From: Thermodesulfovibrionales bacterium
GTDB lineage: Bacteria; Nitrospirota; Thermodesulfovibrionia; Thermodesulfovibrionales; UBA6898
DNA length: 64,000 nucleotides
Reading direction: 5' to 3'
NCBI GenBank assembly: GCA_044450345.1
Contig: JBIOIY010000002.1
Coordinates: 107,852 to 171,851, forward strand
Shown here: piece after piece, positions 38,536-48,307 of the stretch
Layout of the letters: the number at the start of each line of letters is the position of its first letter
Numbering within the stretch: the first letter of the stretch is position 1
Position numbers and translations under genes: made by a program
Notes under the pieces: generated by a model
What the model saw: the letters and a program-made list of their open reading frames with translations, nothing else
Databases searched by the model: none
Told to the model about the DNA's origin: nothing

Positions 38536-40062
38536 GTGATGCAAAAAGACTATAAAACAATAGAACTTACGGCATTATATGAGATAAGCAAACTTCTCGG
38601 GTCGTCTCTTAACCTAAAGTCTAACCTCAGGGGAGTCATACGCGTCTTATCCGAATACCTCAATATGAACAGGGGGACTGTGGCCCTTCGCGATGGAAAC
38701 GAGGTATCGATCGTTGCGGCCCACGGAATGAGCGAGGAGGAAATAAGAAAGGGCAGATACAAGCTCGGGGAAGGCATAATCGGCAGGGTGGCGAAACTCG
38801 GGTCTCCTATCGTCATCCCGAACATAGGCGATGAACCGCTGTTTCTCAATAAAACAGGCGCCAGAAAGATGATTAGGCGTGAGAGCGTCTCCTTCCTCTG
38901 CGTGCCTATCAAGTTCAAGAGCGAAGTCCTCGGAGTATTGAGCGTGGACAGGCTCTTCGAAACAAAAGGGGTATCCTTTGAGGAGGACCTACGGCTGCTA
39001 AAGATCATCGCATCTCTTATGGCGCAGTCAGTGAAGTTGCACATGGAGTTAGAGAGGGAAAGGGTGGCATTCCTAGAAGAGAAAGAAAGTCTCACTCAAC
39101 AACTGAAGGGACGATATAGGGTTGAGAATATCATCGGCCAATCGGACAGCATGCAGGAGGTCTTTGAGGCCATTCATAAAGTTGCGCCCGCCAAAGCGAC
39201 CGTCCTTCTCAGGGGCGAAAGCGGAACAGGCAAAGAGCTTGTGGCAAAGGCGATCCATTTTATGAGTCCCAGGGCCAAGGAGCCCTTCATCAAATTTAAC
39301 TGCGCGTCGATCCCTGAAGGGCTTCTCGAATCCGAACTCTTCGGCCATGAAAAGGGGGCCTTCACGGGCGCGCTGTCCATGAGGAAAGGCCGTTTCGAAC
39401 TGGCGGACAAGGGGACCATTTTCCTTGACGAAATCGGCGACTTGCCCCTGACGCTCCAACCAAAAATACTGCGGGTGCTTCAGGAAAAAGAGTTCGAGAG
39501 AGTGGGTGGAGAAAAAACAATTAAAGTAAGCGTAAGACTGATTGCAGCTACAAGCAGGGACCTTGAAGCACATGTCTCGGCTGGGAAATTCAGGGAAGAC
39601 CTTTACTACCGTCTCAACGTTGTCCCTATCTATTTACCGCCCCTGAAACAAAGGCGGGTTGATATCCCTGTCCTTGCAGAGTACTTCCTGAAGAAATATA
39701 ACGAAGAGAACAACAAATCGGCCAAAATCATACCTGAAGTTCTTGATGCCCTCGTCGAATATGAATGGCCTGGGAACGTCAGAGAGTTGGAAAATACGAT
39801 TGAAAGACTGGTAGTAATGTCATCAAGAAAGGTCATCGCCCTTTCCGACCTTCCACTCACCATACGCGATCAGCCAATAAAGGCGGCCCGCACAGTATTG
39901 ATGAAAAACGCGCTCCCTGCTGCAGTTGCGGATATTGAAAAAGAGAAGATCGCAGATGCCCTGAAAAAAACCGGCTGGGTTCAGGCAAAGGCCGCAAGAC
40001 TTCTCGGCATAACTCCCAGGCAGATAGGGTATAAGATGAAGAGATACCGCATAGAAGAATAG
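38536..40062 (+). CDS. Sigma-54-dependent transcriptional activator with an N-terminal GAF domain (NifA-like architecture)
   Basis: It has a GAF region, AAA+ motifs GESGTGKE and ESELFGHEKGAFTGA, and a C-terminal Fis-type HTH (AARLLGITPRQIGYKMKRY). Confidence 0.92.
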   Translation: MMQKDYKTIELTALYEISKLLGSSLNLKSNLRGVIRVLSEYLNMNRGTVALRDGNEVSIVAAHGMSEEEIRKGRYKLGEGIIGRVAKLGSPIVIPNIGDEPLFLNKTGARKMIRRESVSFLCVPIKFKSEVLGVLSVDRLFETKGVSFEEDLRLLKIIASLMAQSVKLHMELERERVAFLEEKESLTQQLKGRYRVENIIGQSDSMQEVFEAIHKVAPAKATVLLRGESGTGKELVAKAIHFMSPRAKEPFIKFNCASIPEGLLESELFGHEKGAFTGALSMRKGRFELADKGTIFLDEIGDLPLTLQPKILRVLQEKEFERVGGEKTIKVSVRLIAATSRDLEAHVSAGKFREDLYYRLNVVPIYLPPLKQRRVDIPVLAEYFLKKYNEENNKSAKIIPEVLDALVEYEWPGNVRELENTIERLVVMSSRKVIALSDLPLTIRDQPIKAARTVLMKNALPAAVADIEKEKIADALKKTGWVQAKAARLLGITPRQIGYKMKRYRIEE

Positions 40063-40076
40063 AATCGACCCGGCTT

Positions 40077-40107
40077 CCGCGGCCGGATTTGCCGGCCGCG
40101 GGTTTTG
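40077..40107 (+). terminator. Intrinsic terminator downstream of the sigma-54 activator gene
   Basis: It has a 10-bp stem (CCGCGGCCGG/CCGGCCGCGG) with loop ATTTG, followed by GTTTTG. Confidence 0.75.
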
Positions 40108-40116
40108 CAACAGCTA

Positions 40117-41583
40117 TTATTTGCCGGAAAGAGTTATGAAGAGTGAAGAGCCCCCCCTGTAAACGAGCAGCAGGATATTCTCATCTTTCTTGATCCCTGC
40201 GGCTGCCTCCTGATACTCCTTAACGCTGCCGACCCTTTTCCTGTTTATTTCCTGGATAATATCGCCCTGCATCAGTACGCCTGCGGCTAGACTATCTTCC
40301 TCGACATCGCTCACAATCACTCCCCTCACCCTGCCCGGGATGTTCAGTTTCTTCGCTATTTCCGGGGTAATGTCCTGCACACTTATCCCTCTCAACGCGC
40401 CTTCGTAATCACTGCTTTGGGCCTGCTGCAGGTCGGACGGGAGTTCACCGATAGTCACCTTCAAGATAAGCGTTTCATCATTTCTCAACACTTTTAGAGA
40501 GTGTTCTTCGCCGGGGACCGTATTTGCAACCATGTTGCGAAACTGGCTTGGCTCATCGGTATTCTTCCCGTCGTATTCCAAAATGATGTCACCCCTCTTA
40601 AGCCCTGCCTTTTCCGCCGGGCTGCTTTCATTCACATCGCTCACAAGAACGCCTTTCTCTCCCTTGAGATTGAACTGTTTTGCAAGCTCAGGAGTGATGC
40701 TCTGTATCGAGACACCCAGCCAGCCTCTTACCACCCTTCCCTTCTTGACGAGGCTGTCCTTGATCGATTTCACCATATTGCTCGGGATCGCGAATCCTAT
40801 CCCCTGATATCCGCCGCTCGTACTGAAGATGGCCGTGTTGATACCGACTACTTCGCCCCTGACGTTCACAAGTGCCCCGCCGGAATTGCCCGGATTTATC
40901 GCGGCATCGGTCTGTATGAAGTCCTCGTAATCTGCTATCCCGACATTTGCCCTTCCGACGGCAGAAACAATGCCCATGGTGACAGTCTGGTTCAGACCGA
41001 ACGGGTTGCCGACGGCCAGGACTATCTCTCCCACCTCAAGTGCATCGGAATCCCCCCAATTCAGGGGCGGAAGGCCTTTGGCCTCTATCTTTACAACCGA
41101 TATCTCCGTCTTCGGATCTGACCCTATCACCTTTCCGCTGAATTCCCTTTTATCGGACAACAGGACCTTAATCTCGTCCGCGTCCTTGACAACATGGTAG
41201 TTGGTGATGATATATCCGTCGGAAGAAATGATTACCCCCGAACCCAGCGCCGCAGACTTGTGTTCCTTTGGCTGTCTATGCTGGCCGAACCTGTCCCCAA
41301 AAAAACGTCTGAAGAAGGGATCATCATAGGGATCTGAGCCGCCCGCAATCTTTACCGTCCGCGTAGTCGAGATGTTCACGATCGCCGGCTTGACCGCAGC
41401 CGAGACCTCCGCCATTGCCCTGCCGATCTTAGTCAACGATTCTACCGACTGCGCTGACACCTTAGGTGCTGCTCCAAAGGAATCCGCCGGAAGGCAAAGA
41501 TTTCCGCACAAGGCAATACCGAGAACACACATCACAGCGACAATAAGAAAAGAATTGTAATAACCTTTGACTTTTGATTCCAT
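40117..41583 (-). CDS. htrA: Do/DegP-family periplasmic serine protease with two PDZ domains
   Basis: It has a signal/TM segment, the catalytic triad context (TNYHVV, D...A, GNSGGAL) and two PDZ blocks. Confidence 0.93.
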   Translation of the reverse strand: MESKVKGYYNSFLIVAVMCVLGIALCGNLCLPADSFGAAPKVSAQSVESLTKIGRAMAEVSAAVKPAIVNISTTRTVKIAGGSDPYDDPFFRRFFGDRFGQHRQPKEHKSAALGSGVIISSDGYIITNYHVVKDADEIKVLLSDKREFSGKVIGSDPKTEISVVKIEAKGLPPLNWGDSDALEVGEIVLAVGNPFGLNQTVTMGIVSAVGRANVGIADYEDFIQTDAAINPGNSGGALVNVRGEVVGINTAIFSTSGGYQGIGFAIPSNMVKSIKDSLVKKGRVVRGWLGVSIQSITPELAKQFNLKGEKGVLVSDVNESSPAEKAGLKRGDIILEYDGKNTDEPSQFRNMVANTVPGEEHSLKVLRNDETLILKVTIGELPSDLQQAQSSDYEGALRGISVQDITPEIAKKLNIPGRVRGVIVSDVEEDSLAAGVLMQGDIIQEINRKRVGSVKEYQEAAAGIKKDENILLLVYRGGSSLFITLSGK

Positions 41584-41631
41584 TGCTCCTCCTGCTTTTG
41601 ACTAAATTTGCTGAATTTAAGTTATTTTTTA

Positions 41632-41640
41632 ATTATACCA
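41632..41640 (-). promoter_or_regulatory. Candidate extended -10 promoter element for htrA
   Basis: The minus strand reads TGGTATAAT (TGnTATAAT) about 45 nt upstream of the htrA ATG and SD site. There is no good -35 element. Confidence 0.35.
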
Positions 41641-41912
41641 CTGCACAATTTTTTCCTGGAAATATTGCCGGTCCAGCAGTACCCGTAACCGTATCTCCAC
41701 TCATGAAATTATAAATATATGCTTGCACATAATTCTACTTTTAACAATTTTTTCTTATTGAAAGTTGATCTTGCAAGGAGTACCATGAAAAGTGTATAAA
41801 CAATAACGCTGCAAGAGGAAGGAGGTGGGGTTTCTCAGGGCATGCTTTCTTTCAGTGGCAGGATATAGTCTGACTGACTTTTAACCACTATTCCCAACAG
41901 GGAGGTTACTGT

Positions 41913-43430
41913 ATGGAAAAAAAGAGGCAGGGTATTAATGAAGATAAACTCGCTGAAGGACAATGCAACAGTCCGGAGACGTGCGCAACCGAGAAGAGGG
42001 GTATCAGCGAGGACTGGCTGGCTGTCTGCATAGGTCTTTTTATATTTGTTCTTTCGCTCGGTGTGTTCGCTGGAATTGACCTTTTGGGTTTCGGAATAAC
42101 TACAGGTATTTGGACAGACATTTCAAAAGCGCTGAAGCCTGTTGCCAAGTCGTTTGCGGATTTAGGGGGAATCGGTTCATTGCTCGCCACTTATGCATTC
42201 CTGCTGGTCGTTATGACGATAGGCGCTGCTGCTCTGAGAGCAAAAATAGGAAAATTCATCGTCAGTTTTACATTGATATTCTTCATAAGTTACATATGTT
42301 GGATCATAGGAAGCTGGGCGAATATCGCGGCCACAACCCCTCCTGATATGCAAAAGTTCGGGATCACCTGGTCGCTGAAATTGACTCCGGAGGCGGGGTT
42401 CATTGTGGCATTGATCCTCGGCTTGATCGTCGGGAATTTTTTCCAGGGTTTTGCTGCTGCCATAAAAGAAGCGGTGCGGCCTGAACTCTATATCAAAACC
42501 GCCATAGTTATACTCGGAGGTTTTCTGGGAGTGACTGCGGCAGAAAAACTGGGGCTGGCGACCGCTGTCATGTTTAGGGGCCTCTGCGCGATAGTTGAAG
42601 CGTACCTCATATATTGGGCCCTTGTTTATTTTATCGCGAGAAAATACTTCAAGTTCAGCAGAGAATGGGCTGCGCCTCTTGCATCGGGCATATCTATCTG
42701 CGGAGTTTCTGCCGCTATCGCAACGGGCGGAGCAATAAAGGCCAGACCCATAGTACCCATCATGGTGTCTTCTCTTGTCGTCATCTTTGCAGTCGTTGAA
42801 CTTCTGGTCCTCCCTTTCATCGCGCAGGAGTTCCTCTATAAAGAACCGATGGTCGCAGGAGCCTGGATGGGTCTTGCCGTAAAAACAGACGGCGCTGCGG
42901 TGGCTAGCGGGGCCGTTGCAGATTCACTCATTCGGGCCAAAGCCCTTGCGGTAGATGGGGTAAATTATAAAGAAGGCTGGATAATGGGCGCTGCCACAAC
43001 GGTAAAGGTCTTCATCGATGTCTTTATCGGCATCTGGGCCTTCATCCTTGCGATCATATGGTGCTCGGTGATTGAGTGCAAACCGGGCGAAAGGGTCAGA
43101 CCAGGACAAATCTGGGACAGATTTCCAAAGTTTGTCATCGGGTATGTGGTCACGTTCCTTGTAATATTGTACATCGGTATTACTTACCCTGCTTTGATGG
43201 GCAAGACAAAGTCGGCGATGAGCGAGGACAATGTCTTTAGAGGCATTTTTTTCACCATGACTTTTTTTACGATCGGCGTTGTGTCCAATTTCAAGAAGCT
43301 TTGGGAAGAGGGCATAGGCAGATTGGCAGCAGTGTATCTGCTGTGCCTCTTTGGGTTTATAATTTGGATAGGGTTGTTTATTTCGTGGTTGTTTTTCCAC
43401 GGAGTAAAACCGCCCCTGGTAACCGGTTAA
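41913..43430 (+). CDS. YeiH/UPF0324-like multi-pass membrane transporter (unusually long, 505 aa)
   Basis: It has the YeiH-like motifs GISICGVSAAIATGGAI, TAIVILGGFLG and GAWMGLAVKTDGAAVASGA, with many TM helices. Confidence 0.55.
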   Translation: MEKKRQGINEDKLAEGQCNSPETCATEKRGISEDWLAVCIGLFIFVLSLGVFAGIDLLGFGITTGIWTDISKALKPVAKSFADLGGIGSLLATYAFLLVVMTIGAAALRAKIGKFIVSFTLIFFISYICWIIGSWANIAATTPPDMQKFGITWSLKLTPEAGFIVALILGLIVGNFFQGFAAAIKEAVRPELYIKTAIVILGGFLGVTAAEKLGLATAVMFRGLCAIVEAYLIYWALVYFIARKYFKFSREWAAPLASGISICGVSAAIATGGAIKARPIVPIMVSSLVVIFAVVELLVLPFIAQEFLYKEPMVAGAWMGLAVKTDGAAVASGAVADSLIRAKALAVDGVNYKEGWIMGAATTVKVFIDVFIGIWAFILAIIWCSVIECKPGERVRPGQIWDRFPKFVIGYVVTFLVILYIGITYPALMGKTKSAMSEDNVFRGIFFTMTFFTIGVVSNFKKLWEEGIGRLAAVYLLCLFGFIIWIGLFISWLFFHGVKPPLVTG

Positions 43431-43451
43431 ACGATTTAATAGGGAGGTCAT

Positions 43452-43613
43452 ATGCCTGAAGAACCTAAATTGTCGGAAGAACTTAAGAAAATGGAGTACG
43501 AGGAACTTCTCCCCATTGAGAAGAAGCTTATAGGTTACAGTCTTATATTGGGGACCGCGCTTCTGGGGTTACTCGTCTGGGTAAGTTACACCTTCTTCCC
43601 CACCGGCCACTGA
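43452..43613 (+). CDS. 53-aa single-TM small protein (not in the ORF track)
   Basis: The start is an ATG 4 nt after AGGGAGG, 21 nt downstream of the transporter stop. The sequence is MPEEPKLSEELKKMEYEELLPIEKKLIGYSLILGTALLGLLVWVSYTFFPTGH. A strong terminator follows directly. Confidence 0.4.
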   Translation: MPEEPKLSEELKKMEYEELLPIEKKLIGYSLILGTALLGLLVWVSYTFFPTGH

Positions 43614-43625
43614 TGTCTTTTCGCC

Positions 43626-43664
43626 AAAGACGTGCAAGGATCAGCACTCCTTGCACGTCTTTTT
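43626..43664 (+). terminator. Intrinsic terminator downstream of the transporter and small-ORF unit
   Basis: It has a perfect 15-bp stem (AAAGACGTGCAAGGA/TCCTTGCACGTCTTT) with a 7-nt loop. The stem runs into a T tract. Confidence 0.85.
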
Positions 43665-43743
43665 CCTCCGCCTTTCCTTCTACCTTTTTTTCTGTTTCTT
43701 TCCCTCTCCTGCTCATCTAAGCTTTTTTTGTGTAGAATAGAGC

Positions 43744-45945
43744 ATGCTCACGCAATTGCAGGGCCAGTTGGAACGAATCACATACCACAACGAGGAAAAC
43801 CACTATACGATCGCTAAACTCAGGGTGCAGGGTCGGCGGGACCTCGTGACCGTCGTCGGCAATATTGTGACCACATCGCCAGGTGAAGTCCTCAGACTGA
43901 CGGGCAGCTGGGAGACCCACCCGAAATATGGGGAACAGTTCAAAATCCTGTCCTACGAATCCGTTGTGCCTGCCACCGTCAAGGGTATAGAACGATATCT
44001 CGGGTCAGGTCTTATTAAAGGCATCGGGCCGATAATGGCAAAGCGTCTCGTCGATAAATTCGGCGAGGAGACGCTCGTCGTCATCGAGACAAAGTCCGAA
44101 AGACTCCAGGAAGTCGAAGGCATCGCGGGCAAAAGGATCGAAATGATAAAAACGGCGTGGGACGGGCAAAAAGAGGTCAGGGAAGTGATGCTTTTTCTCC
44201 AGGGCCACGAGGTGGGCTCTTCATATGCCGCGAAGATTTACAAGCAATACGGAAAAGACTCTATCAGAGTAGTAAGAGAGAATCCTTACAGACTGGCCCG
44301 GGATATCTTCGGAATCGGGTTCCTCACCGCGGACAAGATCGCGGAGAAATTGGGCATCCCCAGGGACTCTTCGATGCGGGCAGAGGCCGGCATTCTCCAT
44401 GTATTGGAACAGCTCTCGTCCGAAGGACACGTCTTTTACCCGTATGGGCCTTTGACTGACGAGTGTGAAAAGATCCTCGCGGTCAGCCGGGACATCATCG
44501 TTCACGCCGTCGAAAAAATCGCTGCTGAGAAGAAAATCACGATCGAAGGACCCTTCGGAGAGGAAGGGGGAGGCGACAGGGCAGTTTATCTCACTGAATT
44601 CATGATTTCCGAGAAGGGCATCGCCGACAAACTCGGGGAGATCGCACGTAATCAAGCCAAGATACTGCGGTTTGACTGCGATGCCGAGATCGAGAAGGTG
44701 CAGAAAGAATTGGAGATAACACTCGCCTTGAACCAGACGAGGGCGGTCAGGGCGGCGCTGGAGAAAAATGCGCTCGTAATTACCGGGGGGCCAGGGACCG
44801 GAAAGACTACGATCATCAGGACGATTATCAGGGTCTACGGCAGACACGGCAGCAGTGTGGCGCTCGCGGCCCCGACAGGCAGGGCCGCCAAAAGGCTGTC
44901 GGAGGCCGCTGGACAGGACGCCAAGACCATCCATCGCCTCCTCGAATTCAGCCCGAAACTCGGCAGTTTCAAAAGAAACGAAGATTTCCATGTAGATGCG
45001 GATGTGGTCATAATCGATGAAGCATCGATGATCGACTCGTTACTCATGCATCATCTACTTAAGGCTATATCTGGTGATGCGACGCTCATTCTCGTAGGCG
45101 ACGTCGATCAGCTGCCGTCCGTAGGGGCTGGGAACGTCCTGAAAGACATCATAGATTCCCGCCTCGTCACCACCGTCAAGCTCGACGAGATATTCAGACA
45201 ATCCGATCAGAGTCTTATTGTCGTGAACGCACACAAGATAAACCATGGCGACTTTCCGGTCCTGTCTTCCCAGAAAGACGTACCGCAGGATTTTTATTTT
45301 ATCGATCTGGACGATCCTGAAGAGGTCTGCAAGACGATATTGACCATGTGCCGTAACAAAATACCCGAGAAATTCGGCTTCCACCCAATAAATGAGATAC
45401 AGGTGCTGTCCCCTATGCACAGGGGCATCGTCGGCGCGGCGAACCTGAACGTTGAACTCCAGAAACATCTTAATCAATCTGCAGATGAGCTGCTAAGGGG
45501 GGGCAGACTATTCAAGACGGGGGACAAGGTCATGCAGATAAGGAACAATTACGACAAGGACATATATAACGGCGACATAGGGAAGATCCTATCGATCGAC
45601 AGGGAAGAACAGGAAATCAGCGTGGACTATGAAGGCAAATGCATATCCTATGATTTCATGGAACTCGATGAAGTCGTGCTCGCCTATGCGGTTTCAGTCC
45701 ATAAGAGTCAGGGGAGCGAATATCCGGCAGTGGTAATGCCGCTTCTTACTCAGCATTACATGATGCTCCAGCGAAACCTCCTTTACACGGCGATCACACG
45801 CGGGAAGAAACTGGTCGTTCTTATCGGCACAAAGAAGGCGCTTGCAATCGCGATAAGGAACAATAAGCAGCAGATGCGGTATACGAGACTGAAGGAAAGG
45901 CTAAAGAATTTCGGGATCGATAAATCGCGCCTCTATGCAATTTGA
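43744..45945 (+). CDS. recD2: RecD2-type SF1B ATP-dependent DNA helicase
   Basis: It has the N-terminal ITYHNEENHYTIAKL OB-like region, HhH motifs, Walker A (GGPGTGKTT), IIDEASM, VGDVDQLPSVG and the SVHKSQGSEY motif. Confidence 0.9.
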   Translation: MLTQLQGQLERITYHNEENHYTIAKLRVQGRRDLVTVVGNIVTTSPGEVLRLTGSWETHPKYGEQFKILSYESVVPATVKGIERYLGSGLIKGIGPIMAKRLVDKFGEETLVVIETKSERLQEVEGIAGKRIEMIKTAWDGQKEVREVMLFLQGHEVGSSYAAKIYKQYGKDSIRVVRENPYRLARDIFGIGFLTADKIAEKLGIPRDSSMRAEAGILHVLEQLSSEGHVFYPYGPLTDECEKILAVSRDIIVHAVEKIAAEKKITIEGPFGEEGGGDRAVYLTEFMISEKGIADKLGEIARNQAKILRFDCDAEIEKVQKELEITLALNQTRAVRAALEKNALVITGGPGTGKTTIIRTIIRVYGRHGSSVALAAPTGRAAKRLSEAAGQDAKTIHRLLEFSPKLGSFKRNEDFHVDADVVIIDEASMIDSLLMHHLLKAISGDATLILVGDVDQLPSVGAGNVLKDIIDSRLVTTVKLDEIFRQSDQSLIVVNAHKINHGDFPVLSSQKDVPQDFYFIDLDDPEEVCKTILTMCRNKIPEKFGFHPINEIQVLSPMHRGIVGAANLNVELQKHLNQSADELLRGGRLFKTGDKVMQIRNNYDKDIYNGDIGKILSIDREEQEISVDYEGKCISYDFMELDEVVLAYAVSVHKSQGSEYPAVVMPLLTQHYMMLQRNLLYTAITRGKKLVVLIGTKKALAIAIRNNKQQMRYTRLKERLKNFGIDKSRLYAI

Positions 45946-46029
45946 TGTTTGTTTGTTATCCGGTGTCGGGGCGTAATTCATTACGCCATGAATTGCTGCA
46001 GATGACAGACGCCAGGACATAGTAGCGCC

Positions 46030-46323
46030 CTACTCGAAACACTCCATACTGCGCTGTTTGTTGATCTCTGTATGTTTTTTCTCACACCAGACATTTCCAA
46101 GCTGAGGGGTCTCTCCGGACGGCTTCAGCATCTTGGCCTTCTTGCACGAAATGCAGTGCCTGACTTTTACACCGCCTATAGGCACATGGCAGGGCATCTG
46201 CCTGTTCTTGGCCATCTGCATTTGGCGCTGTCCGCACCAGACCGTCCCCTGAGCAGGACGCTGACCTCCCGGCTTTACGTCGTAACCGAATTTGCACTTA
46301 CCGCAGGCATTTTCCATCGTCAT
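46030..46323 (-). CDS. Cys-rich protein made of two 39-aa CxxC-x19-C-x14-C repeats
   Basis: The ATG at 46323 forms an ATGA overlap with the udg stop. The internal duplication is gap-free, with all 8 Cys conserved. I recognised no family. Confidence 0.55.
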   Translation of the reverse strand: MTMENACGKCKFGYDVKPGGQRPAQGTVWCGQRQMQMAKNRQMPCHVPIGGVKVRHCISCKKAKMLKPSGETPQLGNVWCEKKHTEINKQRSMECFE

Positions 46324-47024
46324 TCCCGCCCGGAGAGACGCTCCATGACCTTTTGGGCATCGGACCACGTAAGCCACTTGTCTTTTGGGTTTCTGAGAAG
46401 GTAAGCCGGATGGAACGTAGGCATCACAGGGATTCCATTATAATCAAAAAAATTACCCCGAACCGCGGTTATCTTTAACTCCTGTCTTTTTAACAGCGTC
46501 TGGAGGGCTATCCTGCCGAGCGTGATAATCACCTCGGGATGTATAATCTCGATTTGACGCTCAATGAAACCCCTGCAGCTTGCGACCTCATCTTCCTCCG
46601 GGTCCCGGTTCATCGGCGGTCTGCACTTCACGATATTGGCAATATAGACGTCGCCCCTTTTCAGGCCGACATCCCCTATATACATCTTTTCGATGAGTTT
46701 TGTGAGAAGCATCCCGGCTTCGCCGACGAAGGGCCTTCCCTTCAAGTCCTCTTCCCTGCCCGGCCCTTCGCCGATAAACATGATCTTAGCCCCGGGATTC
46801 CCCTCACCGAAAACAATACTATTTCTGTTTTTCGAGAGTTTGCATCTGACACAAGCACCAATCTCATTTCTAAGTCCCGAGAGGAGGCGTTCCTTGTCTC
46901 CATTGCACTGATCAATGCTGCCTGGGGGTGCCAGGCGGAGGGGTATGCCTTCGATGCCGAGGGCTTGGTAGAACTCGAGCATAGTCTTTAAATCGTCGAT
47001 GATGTCGTTTCTCCGTCCATTCAT
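46320..47024 (-). CDS. udg: Uracil-DNA glycosylase, family 4 (Fe-S type)
   Basis: It has the N-terminal Cys motifs (CVRCKL), GEGPGREEDLKGRPFVGEAG, and HPAYLLRNP. Confidence 0.9.
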   Translation of the reverse strand: MNGRRNDIIDDLKTMLEFYQALGIEGIPLRLAPPGSIDQCNGDKERLLSGLRNEIGACVRCKLSKNRNSIVFGEGNPGAKIMFIGEGPGREEDLKGRPFVGEAGMLLTKLIEKMYIGDVGLKRGDVYIANIVKCRPPMNRDPEEDEVASCRGFIERQIEIIHPEVIITLGRIALQTLLKRQELKITAVRGNFFDYNGIPVMPTFHPAYLLRNPKDKWLTWSDAQKVMERLSGRE

Positions 47025-47043
47025 AGCGAAATTGCCGCGCAGG

Positions 47044-47895
47044 TCAGCGCTCCCCCCACTTCAGTTTAGTCCTAAGGACCTTGAAATAATCGCGTTCGCA
47101 GGGGATAAGCAGCCTAGTCTTGAACGGCGATTTATTGATTTCTATGACGTCATCCTTTCTGAGTGAAAAACCGACCTGCCCGTCGAGGGTCAGATATACG
47201 TCTTCGCTGAGAGTCTTCAGGGTGATCTCAACCTTAAAATCATCAGGCAAAACGATAGGCCTGTTTGTCAGCGTATGGGAGCATATCGGCGTAAGGACGA
47301 TACTGTTGAGGGTCGGATAGAGTATGGGCCCACCGGCTGAAAGCGAATAGGCTGTAGAGCCGGTCGGAGTCGAGATGATCAACCCATCGGCCTTAAATGT
47401 CGTCACATAAACCCCGTTGATCAACGCCTCCAGGTCGATAATCCTCGCAAGAGCGCCCTTGTTTATCACTACATCGTTGAGAACGGTATACTCGGCGATC
47501 TTTTCTCCCTCCCTTACGATCCTCGCACAGAGCATCAGCCTTTCTTCGATGATATACGTATCGGAAAGCATTGCGTCGACGGCCTGATAGATCTCGCCAC
47601 GGTTTATCTCGGTAATAAATCCCATCGTCCCCAGGTTGACACCCAGTATGGGTATGCCCTTTTCCGCAACCAGTCTGCTCACGCTGAGCATCGTTCCGTC
47701 GCCGCCCAGGACTATCACTGCGTCAACAAGAGAGGCTATTTCCGCCCTTGTATGTCCCTCTATCTTCAGCAGGGCGGCGGTGTCCGGATCTACATAGAGC
47801 TCATGTCCCTGCCGCCGCAGGCGGGGCAAAAGTTCCTTCATGATCTCCTGCGATTCGGGCCTCCCGGACTTACTGATTATGCCTATCTTCTTCAT
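47044..47895 (-). CDS. nadK: NAD kinase
   Basis: It has VIVLGGDGTML and TPTGSTAYSLSAGGPI. Confidence 0.93.
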   Translation of the reverse strand: MKKIGIISKSGRPESQEIMKELLPRLRRQGHELYVDPDTAALLKIEGHTRAEIASLVDAVIVLGGDGTMLSVSRLVAEKGIPILGVNLGTMGFITEINRGEIYQAVDAMLSDTYIIEERLMLCARIVREGEKIAEYTVLNDVVINKGALARIIDLEALINGVYVTTFKADGLIISTPTGSTAYSLSAGGPILYPTLNSIVLTPICSHTLTNRPIVLPDDFKVEITLKTLSEDVYLTLDGQVGFSLRKDDVIEINKSPFKTRLLIPCERDYFKVLRTKLKWGER

Positions 47896-48307
47896 TAAAC
47901 CCCTCTATATATATTTCTCTTCGATTATCACCCACATCCTTCAATCGGACCCTTATGAAGCCGGCTGCAGACGCCCCGAGCTTCTCGGCCCATTCTATAA
48001 CGGCCACAGAATCCCTTCCTAGACAGTCCCAGATCCCCGTACCGTCCACGTCCTCTTCTTTCTCCACCCTGTAAAGGTCTATATGAAAAAAAGCCGGGAC
48101 AGTGTCATGCTCGGCTATTATCGTAAAGCTGGCGCTCGTAACGTCCCTTCCAGCGACGCCGAAGGCCCTCGCAATTCCCTTTACCATCGTTGTCTTGCCG
48201 GTCCCCAGATCCCCATAAAGCGCAACAACATCACCGGCCTTCAACCTTTTCCCGAGTTCATACCCTGCCTGCTCGGTCTCATCCGGATCGTTACTTACCA
48301 GTTTCAC
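47870..48307 (-). CDS. tsaE: tRNA threonylcarbamoyladenosine biosynthesis protein TsaE
   Basis: It has the P-loop GDLGTGKTT and HIDLYR. Confidence 0.9.
   Translation of the reverse strand: MKLVSNDPDETEQAGYELGKRLKAGDVVALYGDLGTGKTTMVKGIARAFGVAGRDVTSASFTIIAEHDTVPAFFHIDLYRVEKEEDVDGTGIWDCLGRDSVAVIEWAEKLGASAAGFIRVRLKDVGDNRREIYIEGFNEEDRHNQ

Noticed and set aside
43632-43817. A 61-aa plus-strand ORF lies between the transporter unit and recD2.
   Set aside because: It starts inside the 15-bp-stem terminator hairpin and overlaps the recD2 start. The sequence is low-complexity and Leu/Phe/Pro-rich, so it is not credible.
45970-45987. The palindrome GGCGTAAT-TC-ATTACGCC lies between the convergent recD2 and Cys-rich genes, and could be a bidirectional terminator.
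   Set aside because: Neither strand has a flanking U tract and the loop is only 2 nt. It could be a weak terminator or a protein-binding site, but the support is too thin to annotate.
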